In this document: one piece after another, positions 1 through 7,844 of the stretch | Layout: every line of letters starts with the position of its first letter | Position numbering within the stretch: the stretch's first letter is position 1 | IMG/VR virus record: IMGVR_UViG_3300025154_001315 | Span: 1-60,321 of that record | Direction: 5' to 3' (one strand) | Source of the DNA: a virus | Taxonomy: Duplodnaviria > Caudoviricetes | DNA: 60,321 nucleotides | Position numbers and translations under genes: made by a program | Notes under the pieces: generated by a model | What the model was told of the DNA's origin: nothing | What the model saw: only the letters and a program-made list of their open reading frames with translations | Database searches by the model: none

Positions 1-6
1 CAGCCT

Positions 7-132
7 CGGTAGGTGCAAGTGGGCGCGTACTGGGAGGTGAACTCCTTGGCCTCCGTGCCGAGGGCTTCCAGCACCTTCACCCTGCTCGCCCTGCACTTGC
101 GTCCGACGAGGCTGCTGGTCCGCCTGGCATCG
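7..132. repeat. 126 bp terminal overlap, identical to 60196-60321 (circular contig)
   Basis: Direct sequence identity; the first 6 nt of the window do not match; the overlap lies inside a CDS. Confidence 0.95.
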
Positions 133-794
133 GCGGGGATGAGCAGCTTGAGCGTCGTGTGCTCGTGGCCGTGCAGGACGGACTTCCACGCGATGAACTC
201 CCCCTCTTGCGGAGGGAGCTGGAAGTGAGGCAGGCCGGCGCCGCTCAGGTCGGCGCTGCGCAGGTCGGCGCTGCGCAGGTTGGCGCTGCGCAGGTCGGCG
301 CTGCGCAGGTTGGCGCTCCTCAGGTTGGCGCCGCTCAGGTCGGCATCGCTCAGGTCGGCGCCGCTCAGGTCGGCGCTGCGCAGGTTGGCATCGCTCAGGT
401 TGGCGCTGCGCAGGTCGGCGCTGCGCAGGTTGGCGCTCCTCAGGTCGGCATCGCTCAGGTTGGCGTCGCTCAGGTTGGCGCTGCGCAGGTCGGCGCTGCG
501 CAGGTTGGCGCTGCGCAGGTTGGCGCTGCGCAGGTCGGCGCTGCGCAGGTTGGCATCGCTCAGGTCGGCATCGCTCAGGTCGGCGCCGCTCAGGTCGGCG
601 CCGCTCAGGTCGGCGCTGCGCAGGTTGGCGCTGCGCAGGTTGGCGCTCCTCAGGTTGGCGTCGCTCAGGTTGGCGCTGCGCAGGTCGGCGCTGCGCAGGT
701 TGGCGCTGCGCAGGTCGGCGCGCTTGCCGTCTTGATCTCCGCGCAGATACTTGGCGTGCAGCTCCAGCACTTCCTTCAGGTTGATGGGGTCCAT
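7..794 (-). CDS. Pentapeptide-repeat protein with DUF5758-like C-terminal domain, 5' part (continues at 60195..60084)
   Basis: ATG at 794 with GGAG upstream; MDPINLKEVLELHAKYLRG then ~32 A(D/N)L(R/S)x repeats; continues ..LLIPADARRTSSLVGRKCRASRVKVL across the join. Confidence 0.9.
231..722. repeat. 15 bp tandem repeat (~32-33 units) encoding the pentapeptide repeats
   Basis: CAGGTYGGCGCTGCG-type units. Confidence 0.95.
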
Positions 795-896
795 GTACTC
801 AGCTCCTTGTGGGGTGGGGGTTACTCCGCCTTGCCAGGGCGCTTGGCATCGTCGTTCTCGGGCGCTTGTGGGGGCGCTATATAAAGGTAGGGCCGG

Positions 897-1151
897 CTAC
901 TCCACGTCGTCGTTCTCAGTCCTGCGGAAGGGCTTGCCGCGCCTGAGCGCCGTCTTGTCCACGGCGGCCATGATGTCGGGGAGGGACACCTTCTTCAGCC
1001 CCTGGTAGCAGAACGCGCGGATGAGGTTGGCGACGTTCATGCGGCGCTGCCTCTCGGGGTCCTTGGCGCTTCGGGCGCGGCACTTCGTGTTCAAGTCGTT
1101 AAGAGCTTTTCGCAGCTCTTCCGGTATCTTCAGGCTCTGAACCTGGTGCAT
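897..1151 (-). CDS. Putative ribbon-helix-helix-like regulator (paralog 1)
   Basis: GAGGAG RBS; MHQVQSLKIPEELRKALNDL..; similar to the 1613 and 1951 ORFs. Confidence 0.6.
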   Translation of the reverse strand: MHQVQSLKIPEELRKALNDLNTKCRARSAKDPERQRRMNVANLIRAFCYQGLKKVSLPDIMAAVDKTALRRGKPFRRTENDDVE

Positions 1152-1610
1152 TTGCGTCGCTCCTCGGTTGGTTGTTGGCGGTAAGGTAGTGTTGCTAGTT
1201 GGGCAGCCTAGCGCCTGTTTGGCGGGTTGGCAAGCATCGTAGTGCGATTCATCTGACGAAGGGGCTTGGGACTCACGTTGCAGGACGTGTTTTGAGGGGG
1301 CGCGTAACGGGGCCTGCAACGGCGGTAGTAACGTCGCTCTTCGCACTACGATGGCGGCGGTTTTACCTATGGGGAGGGGGTAAAATCCAGGCTTCACCTC
1401 TATACTCTGTTACTACTGTTACAACTTCCTTATAGAAAGAGTAGTAAGGGGTGCTTAGAAGGTGTGGTAAGACTGGGTGCCAACTTGCCTATATGCGGTT
1501 TGGCCCGTGTAAACCTGAAGCAGTAACGGGGCTCGGCGGGCTTGCGTGGAGTGGTTAGTGGGGGTAGTATGGCGGGTGTTGGTTCCTCGCAAGTGCAGAG
1601 TAAGGAGTGA
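1152..1610. promoter_or_regulatory. Divergent, less GC-rich control region; possible replication origin
   Basis: Lies between divergent paralogous regulators; GTAAC/GTTAC repeats; 13 bp inverted repeat 1235-1247/1341-1353. Confidence 0.5.
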
Positions 1611-1612
1611 AT

Positions 1613-1954
1613 GTGAAACGCACGATGGAGTTGCCGGACAAGGTTCATCAAGGAATCCTGGATTTGGCGGCCCGCCTCCGCATGGAGAACGGAGGCGCGG
1701 TCAAGTACAACCCCAGCAGCGTGACCAGGGTTGTTCTGGCGTTGGGCTTGGCCACTTTGTCGACGGAGGATGTGAAGAAGGCCATCGACAAGGAGGGAGT
1801 GCGGTGCGGCAAGCGCCCGTTCCGTCGAATCCAGACCGAGGAGGAAAAGAGCTACATCGTGGCGCGGATAACTCGCCTGAACTTGAAGCGCATGACCGCA
1901 GCAGAGGTTGACGAAGCGCTCAGAGCGTGGGACGCGCAGCGAGGCCGAAAGTGA
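1613..1954 (+). CDS. Putative RHH-like regulator (paralog 2)
   Basis: AAGGAG RBS; TMELPDKVHQGILDL..RCGKRPFRR resembles paralog 1 (RRGKPFRR); start uncertain. Confidence 0.6.
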   Translation: MKRTMELPDKVHQGILDLAARLRMENGGAVKYNPSSVTRVVLALGLATLSTEDVKKAIDKEGVRCGKRPFRRIQTEEEKSYIVARITRLNLKRMTAAEVDEALRAWDAQRGRK

Positions 1955-2136
1955 CCGGACTTCTTTCTAGACTCTTTTCAATTCACGACGTGGTCTACAG
2001 GCTCAACCGCAGGGACGACACGCCGCGCAAGCGCATCAACATCACACAGGTCTTGGTGGTGTACCTGAAGCTGGGTATCCCGCGCGTGTCCGACGACGAG
2101 CTGATGGCCGGGATCAAGGACCACTACGGACCATGA
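1951..2136 (+). CDS. Small protein, possible third paralog
   Basis: GTGA overlap with the upstream gene; RINITQVLVVYLKLGIPRVSDDELMAGI resembles RMNVANLIRAFCYQGLKKVSLPDIMAAV. Confidence 0.5.
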   Translation: MTGLLSRLFSIHDVVYRLNRRDDTPRKRINITQVLVVYLKLGIPRVSDDELMAGIKDHYGP

Positions 2137-2150
2137 CCTGACAACTTCGA

Positions 2151-2187
2151 ACCGGGCCCGTGGAGCGACGGGCCCGGTTTCGTTTCT
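2151..2187 (+). terminator. Intrinsic terminator
   Basis: ACCGGGCCCGT-loop-ACGGGCCCGGT followed by TTCGTTTCT. Confidence 0.7.
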
Positions 2188-2420
2188 GACAGCCCGTTCA
2201 GATCAGCCCCTCCCGTTGGTTGCGAATTCGTAAGTTGACAGCTCCCTCGCGCCGTCGCTGTGGGAAAGTGCCGAATTCGTTTGCGGCGGGGTGGGGCTCA
2301 GCTCATGAAGCGAGTCGCAGCGCGCTACCATTACATAGCTGCCCGGCGGCCGGTGTGATCTCCCTCCGCTAGATTCTTGATCAAGTCGGGCTTGATGGGC
2401 CGGAGCAGGCAGCCGGGCAC

Positions 2421-2448
2421 TTGTAATCGTAGTGCGGCGTGCTACCTT
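2421..2448 (+). promoter_or_regulatory. Sigma70-like promoter TTGTAA-16-TACCTT
   Basis: Near-identical copy on the minus strand at ~39931-39967; shared consensus with 3 other sites. Confidence 0.75.
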
Positions 2449-2483
2449 GTAGGTGCAAGGCAGCGCACACAAGGAGGCCAAAC

Positions 2484-2723
2484 GTGAAGGACCAACGCCG
2501 TGAAGTGCCCCTGGCAGTGATGATTAAGATGGCCCAGCACTACCGGGACTGCCACACCGTCGGGCACCGGGGCTGCGCCCGATGCACCCCCGCCAAGTGC
2601 CCCCACTGCCAAGCGGAAGGCCGTGAGGAGTACGCGCGGCAGGCCAAGGTGCTGGACCGGGCGGCCAACGCCTTCTTGGCCGCGCACGGCTTCAACCCCT
2701 ACAACGTGACGAAGGGAGGGTAG
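2484..2723 (+). CDS. Hypothetical Cys/His-rich early protein
   Basis: AAGGAGG RBS, GTG start, CxxC motifs. Confidence 0.7.
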   Translation: MKDQRREVPLAVMIKMAQHYRDCHTVGHRGCARCTPAKCPHCQAEGREEYARQAKVLDRAANAFLAAHGFNPYNVTKGG

Positions 2724-2724
2724 G

Positions 2725-2963
2725 ATGAAGACCAAGCTGGGCTACCTGGGCAACTTCACCTTCAAGCACCCGAACGAGGGCCCCGACAACTACGCGCCGC
2801 GCTGCCCCTACTGCAAGGCGGAGCTCGACGTCCTCACCGATGAGGAGTACAAGAACAAGGTTTCACGCACATCAACTGCCACTGCCCCACCGTCGGCGAC
2901 CACGGCCACGCGGACCACTGCCCCGTCACCATCCTGTCCAAGAAGCTGAGCGAGGAGGAGTGA
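2725..2963 (+). pseudogene. Small Zn-binding protein with an apparent -1 frameshift near 2859
   Basis: The -1 frame reads GFTHINCHCPTVGDHGHADHCPV..EEE* with typical C-ending codons and stops 2 nt before the next ATG. Confidence 0.6.
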
Positions 2964-2965
2964 AC

Positions 2966-3310
2966 ATGAGGACCGGTATCAAGTGGGACGATGTGAAGCA
3001 GTGGATGCAGAGCGAGAAGTTTGAGGAGGAAGAGGACGGCAGCTTCCGCCGCGTCTACTTGGGCACCGTCTTCACGCTGTCGCCGTCCGGCAAGTTCTAC
3101 ATGCCGTGGGCGCGCAGCAACGTCACCGAGGAGGAGGCCGCGAAGGACGAAGAGTTCTACGATGCGCTGCATGAAGAGGCCGAAGAGCACGGCTACTTCA
3201 TCCAGTCCGGCGAAGGCGACCCGTGCGACATCTTTGTCACCGAAGCGAAGGAGGACGAGAAGCCGCCTGACAGCATCGTGCAGCCGGATCGCTGCCGGCA
3301 GGACGACTGA
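2966..3310 (+). CDS. Hypothetical acidic protein
   Basis: GGAGGAG RBS, typical codon usage. Confidence 0.75.
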   Translation: MRTGIKWDDVKQWMQSEKFEEEEDGSFRRVYLGTVFTLSPSGKFYMPWARSNVTEEEAAKDEEFYDALHEEAEEHGYFIQSGEGDPCDIFVTEAKEDEKPPDSIVQPDRCRQDD

Positions 3311-3750
3311 TGTCCGCCTCCCACTGGTCCAAGATGGGGCTGCCCACCCCCACGAAGGAGCCGAAGCCCATGAAGCTGATCGACCACATGAAGAGCATGG
3401 AAGCTGAGTACCGGGAGTTCCTCTCCAAGATGATACGAGCCAAGACCGAGCAGTTCAACAAGACGATCGAGGTCGCCAAGAACGTGCGCCCCATCCGGCG
3501 CGCCGCGCAGAAGCACGACCTGCGCTACTTCTGGGGCGACCAGCTCTGGTGCCAGGATGTCAGCATCATGTCCTGGGATGAGTTCGTGGATGACGAGGCC
3601 TTCAAGTTCGCCGATGATCCGATGAACGAGGTCAACGCGAAGCAGCCGGAGGACGACGAGTGCGCGGAGTGGCTGAACACCGTGTTCGATTCCGTCTACC
3701 GCAGCCTCGCCGACGAGTTGAAGCTGCCGCTGGATGTCCTGGAGAGCTAG
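3310..3750 (+). CDS. Hypothetical protein
   Basis: TGATG coupling, typical codon usage. Confidence 0.75.
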   Translation: MSASHWSKMGLPTPTKEPKPMKLIDHMKSMEAEYREFLSKMIRAKTEQFNKTIEVAKNVRPIRRAAQKHDLRYFWGDQLWCQDVSIMSWDEFVDDEAFKFADDPMNEVNAKQPEDDECAEWLNTVFDSVYRSLADELKLPLDVLES

Positions 3751-3761
3751 GCCCAAGCCAC

Positions 3762-3789
3762 TTGCAATCACCACCCGGCACACTACTAT
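3762..3789 (+). promoter_or_regulatory. Sigma70-like promoter TTGCAA-16-TACTAT
   Basis: Matches the phage promoter consensus. Confidence 0.7.
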
Positions 3790-3834
3790 TAAGGTGCGGT
3801 AACGGCGCCGCCAAGAACGCACAAGGGGCACAAC

Positions 3835-4125
3835 ATGGCGTTTGACTTTGCGGTGGGGCAGCGGGTAATTGTCATACAGGTAAGCCTGGGCGATACGGAC
3901 TGCGACCACCCGGAAGCGCGTGGTGTGATTACGCGCCTGGACCCCAGGGGCAGCTACAGCGGTTCAGGTGAGCTGGAGCTCCACATCAAGGCCGATGACG
4001 GAAACCCCACTGTGGAGCCGGCCGACTGGTGCATCCCCGAAGTTGCCTGCACCTGCCGCAAGTACAACGATCACACCACCGACTGCCCCGTGTCCACCTT
4101 CAGCACCGCCGCCCACTACCGCTAG
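3835..4125 (+). CDS. Hypothetical protein with C-terminal CxC..H...C motif
   Basis: ORF directly downstream of the promoter. Confidence 0.7.
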   Translation: MAFDFAVGQRVIVIQVSLGDTDCDHPEARGVITRLDPRGSYSGSGELELHIKADDGNPTVEPADWCIPEVACTCRKYNDHTTDCPVSTFSTAAHYR

Positions 4126-4135
4126 GAGGCAAGCA

Positions 4136-4465
4136 ATGATTACCGCCAAGACCAACAAGACGGAAGCGCAGTACACCATCGGCTACATCAAGGAAGCAAT
4201 ACAAGACATGAAGCCTGAGGGCTACAAGCAGACCGATGTGGATGGCGCGCTGGCTAAGCTGGCGGCGGTCAAAGGCGACGAGACGGTTAGCTTCACACGA
4301 TGGGAAGCGGACATCGTATGGTGGTGTCTCTACCACATGCTGGATGCCAGCAACGAAATCCTCTGCAATTCGTTGGAGGGGCAGCTCTCCGAGGGGCTGG
4401 CCCCCTACCGCGGACACACCGACGTCTGCCCGACCTGTGGGCAGCTCACCAACACCAAGTCCTAG
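4136..4465 (+). CDS. Hypothetical protein with C-terminal CPTCG
   Basis: AGGAGG RBS; followed by a terminator. Confidence 0.7.
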   Translation: MITAKTNKTEAQYTIGYIKEAIQDMKPEGYKQTDVDGALAKLAAVKGDETVSFTRWEADIVWWCLYHMLDASNEILCNSLEGQLSEGLAPYRGHTDVCPTCGQLTNTKS

Positions 4466-4485
4466 CGCCCGGCCGACGCTAGGAC

Positions 4486-4522
4486 TGCCCCGCCCGCTAG
4501 CACAGGGGCGGGGCTTTTCTTT
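4486..4522 (+). terminator. Intrinsic terminator
   Basis: GCCCCGCCC..GGGCGGGGC followed by TTTTCTTT. Confidence 0.75.
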
Positions 4523-4528
4523 GCTCGC

Positions 4529-5068
4529 GTAGCACGATTCTTGACAATCGTGCTACTCCAGTCATTAAGCAGATTCGTCGAGTTTGCGTGTAAAGTTCCT
4601 TTACACTGATCCTAAAGCCCGATCGACGATCCGCCACCCGAGCTCGACGTATCGATCATACGAGTGAACGAGGTACGACGATCAATCCTCGTCCATCCAA
4701 GAGCGAAGTGCGAAGAGCCGAGTCCCATCTCCCTCCGCCAGAGCTCGAAGTGTCCGGGAAACACGAACTTGACAGTCAGATCCTGAGTTCTTGGACTCCA
4801 AGATCTGAATTCGTCATTTCCTCATACGATCGCGGACGAGTTTGACAGTCTGAGAGCGTAGATCTACATTCCCAGGTCCGAATTCGTCGTTTCCTCGACT
4901 GATCGTAGATCTTGGCTCGTGGTTCGAGGATCTTGGGACCTGGGAGCGGAGATCTTGGCTCTTGGTTGGCGGGATCTCAGTTCTCGGGTCGTCGAATCTG
5001 AAGATCCGGGAAAGTTGACAGCCGGATGCGATAAGATCTAAGATCTAAGTTCCAAATTCGTCAGAATC
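4529..5068. other. Non-coding TC/GA-saturated block with ~17 GATC sites and TTGACA..AATTCGTC modules
   Basis: No ORF >=60 aa; GATC sites counted by eye; 73 bp-spaced degenerate repeat (4769/4842, 4807/4880). Confidence 0.85.
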
Positions 5069-5311
5069 GGGGGTGCGTAATGTAGTGCGCGGGGTGGGTG
5101 CGTACTTTACGCACCTAAAGTAGTGTGTAAGCAAGGTGTGTGCTAGGCTGCTTTGCCCGCGCACTACCATTAGCAAGCGGCCCGTGGGGCAGGGTGCTTG
5201 GCACTTGGCACCCCGGCTGCACTACAGCCCGGCAACGTTGCAGCAACGCGCCCCGGCCTAGGGGCGTGCCACCCCACTTGCAGTTAACCCGTACCATACA
5301 AAGGTAACAAC

Positions 5312-5833
5312 ATGGCCAAGCACACCACCACCACCACCACCACCACTGGCAAGGGCAAGCGCGTGCCCGTGCCCAACGCCAAGCCCCAGGCGCCCGCCAA
5401 GCAGGCCCCGGCCGCCGCGCCCGTGGCCCCGGCCAGCCCCAGCACGGCCGCCGCGCTGGGCAACGCGCCCCTGGGGCAGCCGCCCGCCAGCGTGGCCCCG
5501 CAGGCCAGCCCCGCCCCCCGGTACTTGGCGCTGGCGGGCGTGGCGGCCCTGGCCGGGGACGTGGCCCTGGCCGTGTTGTACAGCGGGGGCAACCCCAAGC
5601 GCGGCAACCCCAAGCCCGGCCAGCCCCGCAGCGCCAGCCAACAGGCGTGGTTGCTGTACGCCGGGTGCGCCACCGTGGGCGCCTACCGCGCGGCCGTGCA
5701 GGCGTACGTGGCCAGCGGCGCCATGCCCTTGCTGGGCCACTGCACCAACGCCAACGCCAACTTGGCGTGGGACGCGGCCCACGGGCTGGTTGCCCTGGGC
5801 GGCGCGGCCCCCCGCACCCTGCCCAGCAAGTAG
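5312..5833 (+). CDS. NPKR..TV..AWD..H domain protein with Thr/Ala/Pro/Lys-rich N-terminus (paralog of 40050..40313)
   Basis: AAGGT RBS; no Glu, 2 Asp; motifs shared with the 40 kb protein. Confidence 0.85.
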   Translation: MAKHTTTTTTTTGKGKRVPVPNAKPQAPAKQAPAAAPVAPASPSTAAALGNAPLGQPPASVAPQASPAPRYLALAGVAALAGDVALAVLYSGGNPKRGNPKPGQPRSASQQAWLLYAGCATVGAYRAAVQAYVASGAMPLLGHCTNANANLAWDAAHGLVALGGAAPRTLPSK

Positions 5834-5847
5834 CGGTTAACCCCTAG

Positions 5848-5882
5848 TGCGCCCCGGCCAACACTGGCCGGGGCGCTTTGTT
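5848..5882 (+). terminator. Intrinsic terminator or attenuator
   Basis: GCGCCCCGGCCA-ACAC-TGGCCGGGGCGC followed by TTTGTT. Confidence 0.7.
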
Positions 5883-5891
5883 AGGTACCCC

Positions 5892-6200
5892 ATGGCCCAA
5901 TGCACTTGCCACCCTGGCCCCCACCAGCCCGGCACCACGGCCCCCGGCTGCCCCACCTGTACCGCCTGCCCCACCTGCCAAGCACCACACTACCACCCCG
6001 CGCAAGCCATACCCTACGGCGTTTGCCCCATAGCGGGCGGCTGCCCCACCTGCCGCTACCCCAACAGCAACCCGTGGCCCCCGCAGTGCCCCTGGTTGTT
6101 GGGCACGGGCCCCAAGCCCAACGCCCCGCAGTGCCACACGGGCCCCTGCCCCCTTTGCCACCTGGGGCACCACGGGTGTTGCGGCTGTAGCGCCCCGTAG
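5892..6200 (+). CDS. Cys/His/Pro-rich metallothionein-like small protein
   Basis: TAGGT RBS; repeated CPTC; no Asp or Glu; both Ile encoded by ATA. Confidence 0.7.
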   Translation: MAQCTCHPGPHQPGTTAPGCPTCTACPTCQAPHYHPAQAIPYGVCPIAGGCPTCRYPNSNPWPPQCPWLLGTGPKPNAPQCHTGPCPLCHLGHHGCCGCSAP

Positions 6201-6216
6201 CGCGTAGTGCGTAGCT

Positions 6217-6251
6217 GCCCGGCCCCCTGCCCAGGGGGCCGGGCTTTTTTT
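6217..6251 (+). terminator. Strong intrinsic terminator closing the TC-free cassette
   Basis: GCCCGGCCCCCTG..CAGGGGGCCGGGC followed by T7. Confidence 0.9.
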
Positions 6252-6430
6252 GTGCCCGTTTTTGGTTTGGCACAACACCTGCTCACTCTCCGGCTTATTG
6301 GAGAGGAGTTCTATGGACGAAGTCCCGAGAACGAAGACCGAGGAACCTTCCCCGAGCCCCGAGCCCCGAGCCCAGACCTCCCAGCCAAGCCCCTTGCACC
6401 TCGTCCGTCAGCGGTGCTAGCTTGTAGCGC

Positions 6431-6922
6431 ATGGATCAAGACGTCATTGTAGAAGCCAAGTTCCTCGTCAGGCCCGCTGAGCCGGACGACTTCGCCTTCA
6501 TCTTCTCCACTTGGCTGAAGAGCTACCGGTACAACAACCAGGACGTCTCCCGCGTCCCGGCCGAGCTCTACTACCGCAAACACCACGAGGTGATTGCCCG
6601 GCTGCGTGACCGCTGCGCCCTCCCAGTCGCCTGCCTCCCTGATTCACCCGCTGTGATCATCGGCTTCGCAGCGCTGGAGCTGCCCCCGGCCCTGCTGAAC
6701 ACCTCCTCTCTCCCACCGCCCGCTCCGGCGCCTCCCGTCATCCACTGGGTCTACGTGAAGCGCGCGTGGCGGCGGATGGGCGTGGCCACTCGGCTTCTCG
6801 GGCAACTCTCCCCCTCCGCCTGCTGCCACTCCCACTGGACCAGCGCCATCCACCCCTGGGCTCACGTCAAGTGGTCCGGCCTCCGCTACGATCCGTACTT
6901 GCAGGTCACCCCGCAGTCCTAG
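6431..6922 (+). CDS. GNAT-family acetyltransferase
   Basis: VRPAEPDD start; IHWVYVKRAWRRMGVATRLL acetyl-CoA-binding motif A. Confidence 0.8.
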   Translation: MDQDVIVEAKFLVRPAEPDDFAFIFSTWLKSYRYNNQDVSRVPAELYYRKHHEVIARLRDRCALPVACLPDSPAVIIGFAALELPPALLNTSSLPPPAPAPPVIHWVYVKRAWRRMGVATRLLGQLSPSACCHSHWTSAIHPWAHVKWSGLRYDPYLQVTPQS

Positions 6923-6931
6923 GAGCACCGC

Positions 6932-7153
6932 ATGAACCCGCTATTCCAGGTCCACACGCTGAACGACGACGGCATCAACAAGGCGAGGGCGATGGCCGAG
7001 GACTTCAGTGCTCTCGTGTCGAAGTTGCAAATCATCCTCGGCGACGGCGGCGTCAAAAGCCGAGAGTTTTCGCTCGTCAAGACGAAGCTCGAAGAGGCCG
7101 CGTTCTTCGCCAAGAAGGCGATGGCCAACCAGCTCGAGAACCAGACGAAGTAG
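6932..7153 (+). CDS. Acb2/Tad1-like hairpin protein (candidate immune-signal sponge)
   Basis: SREFSLVKTKLEEAAFFAKKAMA resembles the SRExSLAxTKLEEA motif. Confidence 0.65.
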   Translation: MNPLFQVHTLNDDGINKARAMAEDFSALVSKLQIILGDGGVKSREFSLVKTKLEEAAFFAKKAMANQLENQTK

Positions 7154-7189
7154 AACTCCCAGTTCACCCCGCAGTCCTAGGAGCACCGC

Positions 7190-7537
7190 ATGGCCAAGTT
7201 ACTCGTCGAGAACATCGCTCGCATCACTCACGAAGCGAACCGCGCCTACTGCCTCGCCCTGGGGGACAAGAGCCAGCTTCCGTGGGACGAAGCGCCGCAG
7301 TGGCAGCGCGACTCCGCCATCAACGGTGTGCGACACACCCTGGAGCACCCGAGCGCTCCGCCCTCCGTCTCTCACGACTCCTGGCTCGCCGAGAAGAAAG
7401 CGGCGGGGTGGAAGTACGGACCCGTCAAGGATCCGGAGAAGAAAGAGCACCCCTGCTTCGTGCCCTACGAGGAGCTTCCCGAGGATCAGAAGCTCAAGGA
7501 CACGCTGTTCCAGAACGTCGTCCGCAGCTTCATCTAG
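7190..7537 (+). CDS. RyR-domain protein
   Basis: HDSWLAEKKAAGWKYGPVKDPEKKEHPCFVPYEELPEDQKLKD. Confidence 0.85.
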   Translation: MAKLLVENIARITHEANRAYCLALGDKSQLPWDEAPQWQRDSAINGVRHTLEHPSAPPSVSHDSWLAEKKAAGWKYGPVKDPEKKEHPCFVPYEELPEDQKLKDTLFQNVVRSFI

Positions 7538-7567
7538 TTCACCCCGCAGTCCTAGAGGAGAAGAACC

Positions 7568-7810
7568 ATGCACTACCGCAACGGACGTGAAGCGAAGAAC
7601 GGCGACAAGATCGTGAAGCTGGAGGGCGGCAAGGTCGTCGCCTTCGGGGTGCTGCACAGCGCCGTCCCCGGCAACGACTTCTGCAACGGAAACATCGCCA
7701 CCATCCAGCCGCCCAACGACTACGCCTGCATGTGCGATTGCCTGCACGTCGACGACGTCGACGCGGTCCTGGCCGAGAAGGGCCTGGACAAGCGCCCCGC
7801 CGGAAAGTAA
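7568..7810 (+). CDS. Hypothetical protein (MHYRNGREAKNGD..)
   Basis: GAGGAG RBS, typical codon usage. Confidence 0.8.
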   Translation: MHYRNGREAKNGDKIVKLEGGKVVAFGVLHSAVPGNDFCNGNIATIQPPNDYACMCDCLHVDDVDAVLAEKGLDKRPAGK

Positions 7811-7844
7811 TCGGAAGTTCACCCCGCAGTCCTAGGAGCCCACG

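Larger units (their letters stand above)
5068..6283. other. TC/GA-dinucleotide-free island (~1.2 kb)
   Basis: Line-by-line reading found no TC and only two GA (5558-59, 5771-72). Confidence 0.95.

Noticed and set aside
159-884. Plus-strand AQVGA- and LRRSA-repeat ORFs
   Set aside because: They are shadows of the minus-strand pentapeptide-repeat gene, which has an RBS and a recognisable C-terminal domain
4541-5020. Four TTGACA hexamers as sigma70 promoters
   Set aside because: I found no convincing -10 boxes at 16-18 bp, so they are treated as part of a repeat module instead
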